The notes beneath the pieces are model-generated. The model did not search any database. It saw only the letters and a program-made list of their open reading frames with translations, and was not told where the DNA came from. Source: Candidatus Woesearchaeota archaeon (lineage in GTDB: Archaea > Nanobdellota > Nanobdellia > Pacearchaeales > GW2011-AR1). From it: a stretch of 64,000 nt of DNA. This document shows positions 57,440-64,000 of this stretch, piece by piece. Position numbers and translations under genes: made by a program. Position 1 is the stretch's first letter, and each line of letters begins with the position of its first letter. Location of the stretch: positions 33,377 through 97,376 of the forward strand of contig CAYUZV010000003.1 of assembly GCA_964448605.1 (NCBI GenBank), read 5' to 3'.

Positions 57440-58417
57440 ATGGAAAATAATAGTTTGAAGGAAATTTGGGAGAAGCTGGAGAGTTGTCAGAGTGTTGTTA
57501 TGTCTTTGCATTCTGGACCTGATGGAGATAGTTTGGGTTCTTGTTGTGCAATAAAATATGTTCTTGAGAAAATGGGAAAAAAAGTTAAGTTGGTTAGTTA
57601 TGGAAGACTTCCTAAAAATTATGAGAATCTTTCTTATTATGAGGAAGTTGAATGGGGAGTTGATATTAGTGAGCTGGATTTGAGTGAGTTTGATACTGTT
57701 GTTTTGATTGATTGTGGTGATTTGAATTATTTTTCAGGGAAAAGAAAAGATGATTTTAGTATTTCTGATGATGTTTTTAAAATTAATATAGACCATCATT
57801 ATAAGAATAAGTATTTTGGAGATTTGAATTATGTTGATTTTAAAAAACCTTCTGCTTGTAATGTTTTGGTTGATTTGTTTAGGGAAGGGTGTGTTGAATT
57901 TGATAAGGATTTGGGTGAGAGATTGTTGTTGGGTATTTGCAGTGATAGTTTGTTTTTTACAACTGAGAATTCTGATGTTGCTTTGAAAGATGCTGTTTTT
58001 TTGATTGAGAATGGTGCGAGTTATCTTGAGAGTGTTTTGAAACCTATTTATTATAATCAGGATTTGAAATTGAAAAAATATAATGCTTTGGTTTTTAATA
58101 AACTGAAGGTTAGTGAGGATGGGAGATTTGCTTATGCTTTGATTTCTAATGAAGAGATTAAAGAGATTGGTTTGATTCCTTCTGAAGTTAGATTGGTTAT
58201 TAATGAGATTCAGTTTTTAGAGGGTTTTGATTTTGTTTTTATTTTGGCTGAAATGGAGGACCATATTAAAGGAAGTTTTAGAAGTAAGAGAGGAGTGGAT
58301 GTTTCTGAATTTGCTTCTTGGCTTGGAGGGGGTGGACATAAAGAGGCATCTGCTTTTACATTAAAAGGGGTGTCGTTGGAAGGGGCGGAGAAAAGGGTGC
58401 TGGAGGTTGTTGGATGA
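57440..58417 (+). CDS. DHH/DHHA1 phosphoesterase (NrnA-like)
   Basis: HSGPDGDSLGS, LIDC, IDHH, KGSFRS, GGGGHKEAS. Confidence 0.9.
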   Translation: MENNSLKEIWEKLESCQSVVMSLHSGPDGDSLGSCCAIKYVLEKMGKKVKLVSYGRLPKNYENLSYYEEVEWGVDISELDLSEFDTVVLIDCGDLNYFSGKRKDDFSISDDVFKINIDHHYKNKYFGDLNYVDFKKPSACNVLVDLFREGCVEFDKDLGERLLLGICSDSLFFTTENSDVALKDAVFLIENGASYLESVLKPIYYNQDLKLKKYNALVFNKLKVSEDGRFAYALISNEEIKEIGLIPSEVRLVINEIQFLEGFDFVFILAEMEDHIKGSFRSKRGVDVSEFASWLGGGGHKEASAFTLKGVSLEGAEKRVLEVVG

Positions 58418-58468
58418 AATTGAGATGCTTAAAAAAGATTTATAATATTTTTGGTGTTTATGATATTA

Positions 58469-58774
58469 ATGGAGTTTGCTGAAAAAGTTTATAATGTTTT
58501 GAAGAGGATTCCTTGTGGCAAGGTTGTTACATATAAGTGGGTTGCTTGTCAGATTGGATGTCCTTTTGGAAGTCGTGCTGTTGGGCAGGTTTTAAAAAGT
58601 AATCCTAAGTTGATTGAAGTTCCTTGTCATAGAGTTATTTGCAGTGATGGTTCTGTTGGAGGTTATGTTAAAGGTGTTGAAGAGAAAGTTTGTTTATTGA
58701 AAAAAGAGGGTGTTGAGGTTGTTGATGGGAAAGTGGATTTGGAGAAGTTTGGAATTAATTTCTCTTCCAAATAA
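58469..58774 (+). CDS. ogt: O6-methylguanine-DNA methyltransferase, C-terminal domain only
   Basis: IPCGKVVTY, SRAVG, active-site PCHRV, GGY. Confidence 0.85.
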   Translation: MEFAEKVYNVLKRIPCGKVVTYKWVACQIGCPFGSRAVGQVLKSNPKLIEVPCHRVICSDGSVGGYVKGVEEKVCLLKKEGVEVVDGKVDLEKFGINFSSK

Positions 58775-59063
58775 GTGTTCCTAAGAAGTATGGTTGCAAA
58801 AGAGTGTTGGCAGAGAGAGGCAATTCTGCTAAACTGCAGTCATATCCTTGTTTATTAATTTCAATATCTAATTTACCTAAATCATCAGAAAATTTCGGAG
58901 TGTAATTTTTTTTAACTAAAAACCAGTAAACAACAAAATCTTTTTCAGGGTCTTTTCCCTTGGTTATTCCATTTACTTCAGGATTTTCTTCTGCAAATTT
59001 AATTAGTTCTTTTTCAAGAGGATTATTCATTTTCATCAACGGCTTTAGGTGCTTCACCACCAT
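58755..59063 (-). CDS. Hypothetical protein
   Basis: Short ORF overlapping the end of the HerA-like gene; true start may be downstream. Confidence 0.45.
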   Translation of the reverse strand: MVVKHLKPLMKMNNPLEKELIKFAEENPEVNGITKGKDPEKDFVVYWFLVKKNYTPKFSDDLGKLDIEINKQGYDCSLAELPLSANTLLQPYFLGTLIWKRN

Positions 59064-61611
59064 GCCAAGTGAATCTTGGTCTTATTCGAATTGGATATAA
59101 TCTTTCTGAATTGTCATCTAAAATTATTGCTGAACCTTTTAGGTCTGGAAGGTTGTTCATTGATTTTTTGATTCCTTCTAAAAGATAAGTTTGCATTATT
59201 TCATTAAGTGCTTCAATGTCGTGTTTGTTTGTAAGTCGATGAGAGATTATTATATCTGATTGAGTCATGACATCACGATGGATTACACCGGGTTGTTGTG
59301 TTGCTAAAACCATTGAGATTCCTGGTTGTCTTCCTTCTCTTAAAAGTTGGAGTAATGAATTTGTTGCAGGTGTTTTTTCATTTATTGGAAGAAATTCATG
59401 TGCTTCATCAATAAAGAGCCATACTAAAGGTGTTTCTTTTTTTATAGAAGATTCTCCGTGGATTGATTCTATTTCTTCTTTTTTTCTTGCTAAAATTCTT
59501 TGTTTGAATAGTTTTCTTGAAACTAATCCTATTATTAATGCTCTTATGTTGAAGGAGGAAGTTGAAGAATACATTGAAAGGTCAAGGACTGATGTTTTTC
59601 CTGCTGTAATTAGGTCCTGAACTTTTGTTGGTTTTGTTTCTTTTGTTGCAAATATTTTCCAAGATTCTGTTGCTTGAAAAAGTGCAATTGTTGATTTTTT
59701 TATTTTTTCTTCTTCATTTGATTCTTTTATTTTATTTATTATTTCATCTAAATCAAAGAATTTTTTGTTTTTTAATTCTGAAATTATTTTTTGTATTAGG
59801 ACTGCTGGTTGTTCTGTTATTTTCAGATTGAAAATTGAGAGCCAGTCTTCGATTTCCATTTCTGTAGGGTCTAATGCGAATTTTTTGTCAACTGGTATGT
59901 TTCTTTCCTGATATTCTTTAAAGTATCCTTCTGGTATCCAGATGTTTGCTGGAAGTTCTTTTGGTGTTTCTTCCCATTCTTCTAAAAGATTTATATCTTT
60001 TTCATTTTGATATTTCATTGTCCAGAAAATTCCCATTGTGTCAAAGATTAAAGGTGCTATGTTTTTTTTAGTTTCTTCTGGTAGATTTGAGAGTTCTTCT
60101 GCTAAGACACCTATTGTGTAACTATTATGAACAATAATATCATTTGCAATAAAGTTGTGGTTTTCTGGAACAGATATGTCATAAACTGTAAATTCTCCTT
60201 CTAATATTTCCATATTTATAATTTCATCCCAGAATATATCTGAAGTGGCTAAAAGAGTTAAAGGATTACTTTGTTCAACTTCTGCTATTTTTAGTAAGTT
60301 TTGTCTTGAAGGAGCATATCTGATTTTTTCTCTCATCGCTTTGGGATATTTATATCCTAATTCTCTGCCAATCTTAGCCCAATTTTTAGGCTTATATGTT
60401 TCCCAAAATTCTTTGGGTATTGTGTCTATGTTTGGATTTTTTAATTTAAGAGAAATTTCAGTTATTGCAGGTTTGATTCTTTTTTCTTTTTCTCCAAAAA
60501 AACCTATCTCATTTACAAATTTTATTAGGTTTTTTGAATTGAGAACTAATTCAAATGTATTAAATATTTTTTCATTGAGTTTGATATTTTTTTTTCTAAG
60601 TTTTGATAATATTCCAAATCTTAGAAGTAAACTTTGAATTTGTTTTATTAATTTTAGGGAGGAGGATGAATAAGATATTTCCCAGTAGTCATTTGATTTA
60701 TAGATACTTCCGTCACAACTAAACAATCTATTTAAGAATAATGATAATTTTTCTTTTTTCAATTTTATTATACTTTCTGGAATTTCTTTTTCAATTGATA
60801 ATTTTCCATATAAACTTTCTCTTTCTATTAGTTCTCTTATACTTCTTTTTTTTACTATATTTATTTCACCTTTTAAAAATTGTCCTTTTTCGTTTCTTTT
60901 ATCAGAGTGTTTTAATATTTCTGTTTTGAAATTTGGTTGACTTATTCTATAATGGTTTTCTTTTTCTTTTATTAATTTTAATAAAGGATCAAATTCTTTT
61001 AAAGATTTTTCAAAGTCATTCACTATTTTTTTATCAGAATTTGCAAATAATACTATTTTTTTTGTATGCCCTTCAGCAATTAAATAGGATAAAATTTTTA
61101 TTTCATGCTCTGGTAAATCGTTTTTTCCAAAACAAGGAAGAACTCTTGGAGTTGCAATTCTACTTCCAATTTTGAGTTCTTGAACAGGTAACCATCCTTT
61201 AATAGTTAATAAAGGGTGTTCTGGAGTGAGTTTTATTTCTTTTCCACTTCTTAATCTTATTTTTAACATTTTGTTAACTTTTCTACTAAAGAATTCCTTT
61301 TTTTCAGATGTTTCTATTTTTAGTTTGTTGTTTAAGGAGAGTATGTTTTCTTTGTTTTTTTCTAAATCTTTTATTGGAACAATTGAACCATCTGATACAG
61401 ATATTAAAGTGTCTTCATGAAGACATTTTCCCGAACCTCTCTTTCCAGAAATAAGTATTACATGACTTTTTGCAATATCAAGGAAAATTTTATTTGAGAG
61501 AGAGGTGTAATTTCCCATTTGGACATATCCTTTGCCAATATAGGTTAAACCTTTTTCTTTGAATTTTTCCTTGTCTTCTTTGTCTCTTCCGATAGTTATA
61601 TTGTGAGGCAT
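59023..61611 (-). CDS. HerA/DUF87-like P-loop ATPase containing an intein
   Basis: Walker A GKRGSGK|S split by the intein; IFDTMG, Walker B FIDEAH, GRQPGISMVLATQQP. Confidence 0.88.
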   Translation of the reverse strand: MPHNITIGRDKEDKEKFKEKGLTYIGKGYVQMGNYTSLSNKIFLDIAKSHVILISGKRGSGKCLHEDTLISVSDGSIVPIKDLEKNKENILSLNNKLKIETSEKKEFFSRKVNKMLKIRLRSGKEIKLTPEHPLLTIKGWLPVQELKIGSRIATPRVLPCFGKNDLPEHEIKILSYLIAEGHTKKIVLFANSDKKIVNDFEKSLKEFDPLLKLIKEKENHYRISQPNFKTEILKHSDKRNEKGQFLKGEINIVKKRSIRELIERESLYGKLSIEKEIPESIIKLKKEKLSLFLNRLFSCDGSIYKSNDYWEISYSSSSLKLIKQIQSLLLRFGILSKLRKKNIKLNEKIFNTFELVLNSKNLIKFVNEIGFFGEKEKRIKPAITEISLKLKNPNIDTIPKEFWETYKPKNWAKIGRELGYKYPKAMREKIRYAPSRQNLLKIAEVEQSNPLTLLATSDIFWDEIINMEILEGEFTVYDISVPENHNFIANDIIVHNSYTIGVLAEELSNLPEETKKNIAPLIFDTMGIFWTMKYQNEKDINLLEEWEETPKELPANIWIPEGYFKEYQERNIPVDKKFALDPTEMEIEDWLSIFNLKITEQPAVLIQKIISELKNKKFFDLDEIINKIKESNEEEKIKKSTIALFQATESWKIFATKETKPTKVQDLITAGKTSVLDLSMYSSTSSFNIRALIIGLVSRKLFKQRILARKKEEIESIHGESSIKKETPLVWLFIDEAHEFLPINEKTPATNSLLQLLREGRQPGISMVLATQQPGVIHRDVMTQSDIIISHRLTNKHDIEALNEIMQTYLLEGIKKSMNNLPDLKGSAIILDDNSERLYPIRIRPRFTWHGGEAPKAVDENE
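60124..61425 (-). mobile_element. Intein (434 aa) with LAGLIDADG homing endonuclease
   Basis: Starts CLHEDT; block B LTPEHPL; LAGLIDADG motifs LSYLIAEG and FLNRLFSCDGS; ends VYDISVPENHNFIANDIIVHN followed by Ser. Confidence 0.92.
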
Positions 61612-61720
61612 ATTAAAATCAAGTAAGGGGTGTTTATTAATTTTTGTTATTTGGAATTACAGCGAAAAATAAATACCAAAAAACCATAATGTTTTTAAAG
61701 GCTAATTGTTAAAAGTAGAT

Positions 61721-62788
61721 ATGGAAGAAGAAAATCGAGAGATTAAAGAAGAGGAAAGGAGTGTTGGTGGGGAGGATTCTGGAAGTTCAAATTCTGGAAG
61801 TGATGTTTCTGAAAATAAATCTGAAGAAGTTTCGCAAACTGAAAATCCCCGGATTGATAATGAACCTGATAAAAAGAATCCTTGGGTTGTTTCAACTTTG
61901 GTTTTAGGAATCGCTGTTATTGTTTTGTTAATATTAATGTTTAATGGAGGAGTTACAGGCGGTGTGATTGGTGTTGGAAGTAATGGTGGAATTAATTCTG
62001 ATGATGCAAGTGATAAAGTTGTTGAATATTTGAATGAGATGACTGGAGGAGGTGTTGAATTTATTTCAACAGAAGATTTAGGTGATTTATATGAAGTTAT
62101 GGTTGAATTTCAGGAACAGGAGATTCCTGTTTATATAACTAAAGATGGTGAATATTTTGTTCAGGGTGCTGTTGAAATTGCAGCTGTTGAGGAGATGGAG
62201 GAAATGGAAGGTGAACAACCTGTTGCAGAACCTCCGAAGTCAGATATGCCTATTGTTGAGTTGTTTGTGATGACTCATTGTCCTTATGGAACTCAGGCAG
62301 AAAAAGGTATTATACCTGTTTATGAATTATTAGGTGATAAAATAGAGGGTAATATTAATTTTGTTCATTATTTTATGCATGAGCCAGAAGAAACTGAAAC
62401 ACCTGTTCAGGTTTGTATTAGAGAAGAGCAAGGGGATAAATATATGGATTATTTAAGGTGCTTTTTGGAAGAAGGTATTGGAGAAGATTGTTTGAGTGAA
62501 GTTGGTATTGATGAGGAGATGCTTAATGAATGTATTGAGAATAATGCAGAGGGATATTATGAAGAAGATTCTATTTTAAGTGAGGATTATGGAGTTAGAG
62601 GAAGTCCTACTTTGGTGATAAATGGAGAGGTAGTGAGTTCAGGAAGGAGCCCTTCTGCTTATTTGGATATAATATGTTCTGCATTTAATGAAGTTCCTGA
62701 AGAGTGTAATGAAGAATTGTCTTCTGAAACACCTGCTCCAATGTGGGGATGGGAAGAGAGTGGAACAGATACGGAGGCACAGTGTTAG
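61721..62788 (+). CDS. Membrane-anchored thioredoxin/DsbA-like protein (CPYG active site)
   Basis: TM helix; VELFVMTHCPYG; GVRGSPTLVING (cis-Pro loop). Confidence 0.8.
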   Translation: MEEENREIKEEERSVGGEDSGSSNSGSDVSENKSEEVSQTENPRIDNEPDKKNPWVVSTLVLGIAVIVLLILMFNGGVTGGVIGVGSNGGINSDDASDKVVEYLNEMTGGGVEFISTEDLGDLYEVMVEFQEQEIPVYITKDGEYFVQGAVEIAAVEEMEEMEGEQPVAEPPKSDMPIVELFVMTHCPYGTQAEKGIIPVYELLGDKIEGNINFVHYFMHEPEETETPVQVCIREEQGDKYMDYLRCFLEEGIGEDCLSEVGIDEEMLNECIENNAEGYYEEDSILSEDYGVRGSPTLVINGEVVSSGRSPSAYLDIICSAFNEVPEECNEELSSETPAPMWGWEESGTDTEAQC

Positions 62789-62789
62789 A

Positions 62790-63176
62790 ATGGCAAGTGT
62801 ATCAGAGTTGAATATTGGACAGGGAAGTGTTGAGATTGAGGGCACTATTAAAGAGATTGGAGAATTGAAGACATTTAATAAATTTGGAAGAGAATTGAGT
62901 GTTGCTGATGCGATTTTTGATGATGGAACTGGAACGATTAAGTTGTCTTTATGGAATGATGATGCAAAGAGATTTAAGGAAGGTGATAAGATTAAGATTG
63001 TTAATGGTTATGTTAATGAATTTCAGGGTGAAAAGCAATTGACTGCTGGAAAGTTTGGAAGGATTGAGAAGGTTGAAGGAGAAGATGGGAGTTCTTCAGA
63101 GGAGAGTGCTCCTGTTGAGAGTGGTGCTGGAGATGGTGCAGGTGCTGAAGAACCTGCAAGTGAAGATGTTTTTTGA
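62790..63176 (+). CDS. Single OB-fold ssDNA-binding protein (RPA/SSB-like)
   Basis: DDGTGTIKLSLWND..KIVNGYVNEFQGEKQLTAGKFG; acidic tail. Confidence 0.85.
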   Translation: MASVSELNIGQGSVEIEGTIKEIGELKTFNKFGRELSVADAIFDDGTGTIKLSLWNDDAKRFKEGDKIKIVNGYVNEFQGEKQLTAGKFGRIEKVEGEDGSSSEESAPVESGAGDGAGAEEPASEDVF

Positions 63177-63208
63177 AAATGAAATAAATCAGGAGGATTT
63201 GTTGATAA

Positions 63209-63583
63209 ATGAATTTCATGTTATATCCAACTTTTGAAATTGCTGATGGAAGAATTATTCCCAATATCAGATTACCAAGAGATTTTGAGGAAAGAGTTCC
63301 TGTTTTTTATGAACAAGAAAGAGAGCAGGATGTTGTTGATTATTCCAGAAGATTGATTGATTATTTGAAACCTATTAATTTTGAAGCTGAAAGGGATTTA
63401 GTTTGGGATGATGGAAAAGGGTTGGTGGTAATTAGAATGAAACCTTCTGGAGGTTTAGATTTGGTTGATAGTGGTTGGATTCATTTTCAAGAGCATAATT
63501 TAGGAGGAACTCAATCTTTATTTGCAGGTGCTGTTGCAATGAAATATGTTTCTGAATTGTTGAAGTCAAATGTTAGGGATTAA
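63209..63583 (+). CDS. Hypothetical protein
   Basis: 124-aa ORF; no recognised motif. Confidence 0.5.
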   Translation: MNFMLYPTFEIADGRIIPNIRLPRDFEERVPVFYEQEREQDVVDYSRRLIDYLKPINFEAERDLVWDDGKGLVVIRMKPSGGLDLVDSGWIHFQEHNLGGTQSLFAGAVAMKYVSELLKSNVRD

Positions 63584-63601
63584 ATTCTAAATCTATTCAA
63601 A

Positions 63602-64000
63602 TTATTTGCAATAATTATTGTTCCTTGTCTTTCTTTTAGGAATTCTTGTTCTTTTTCATCTAAATCTAATTTATCTTTTGTTTTTTTATTTAAATTATTA
63701 AGTATTAATGGAAGGAGATGTTTGTCTTTTTCAGCTTTCTTTTTTGACATGTGAGTTAATCGGGCATATTTTGTTAGTATTGATTTTTGTTTTGCTTTTT
63801 TTTGATTTGAGAGCCAGATTTTTAAAATTCTTGAAGGTTTTTTGTATTGTGTGAATTTTTTGTTTTTTAATTTTGTTGCAGAAGATATTCCTGCTGAAAG
63901 GAAAAAGTTTTGGTAAACTAAAAATCTCCAGTGTTGCTGTCGGTAAATTCTTCCTCTGAAAACATCTGCTTTGCTTAGAGAATTGAATGCTTTTGCAAGT
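63602..64000 (-). CDS. rfcL: Replication factor C large subunit, 3' part (truncated by the window edge)
   Basis: Manual translation LAKAFNSLSKADVFRGRIYRQQHWRFLVYQ..YKKPSR, the RFC1 C-terminal signature. Confidence 0.75.

Noticed and set aside
1-64000. Alternative genetic code, selenocysteine/pyrrolysine read-through, rRNA or CRISPR arrays
   Set aside because: Conserved genes are full length under the standard code; no rRNA-like GC-rich tract or repeat-spacer array was seen.

Overview
AT-rich (roughly 30% GC by eye) window from an archaeon, most likely DPANN (Pacearchaeota/Woesearchaeota-like). This is inferred from archaeal PolB, FEN1, RFC-L, RPA, TFS, CCA-adding enzyme, type II MetAP and two CDC48/VAT ATPases next to bacterial-type gyrB/gyrA, class III signal-peptide pilin-like genes and many small toxin-antitoxin (TA) modules. 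The standard genetic code gives full-length genes. The + strand is strongly G/T-rich regardless of gene orientation. One tRNA-Lys(CTT) is present; no rRNA or CRISPR array was seen. The most unusual feature is at 5386-6855: an intein-like Hint domain inside a surface-protein-like ORF. Where inteins normally carry a homing endonuclease, it carries a complete three-gene TA operon (RHH, RHH, PIN/VapC) on the opposite strand. The operon has its own TATA/BRE promoter and operator-like palindrome, and the + strand frame stays open across all of it. Other points of interest: a two-copy IS200/IS605-end-like palindromic element, a duplicated gyrB 5' end, two GC-rich structured RNA candidates, a pilin-associated vWA adhesin with a compositionally foreign central cassette, an MTAP-APRT fusion, a LAGLIDADG intein in a HerA-like ATPase and a catalytically dead Hint domain. 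All family calls come from motif recognition by eye; no database search was run.
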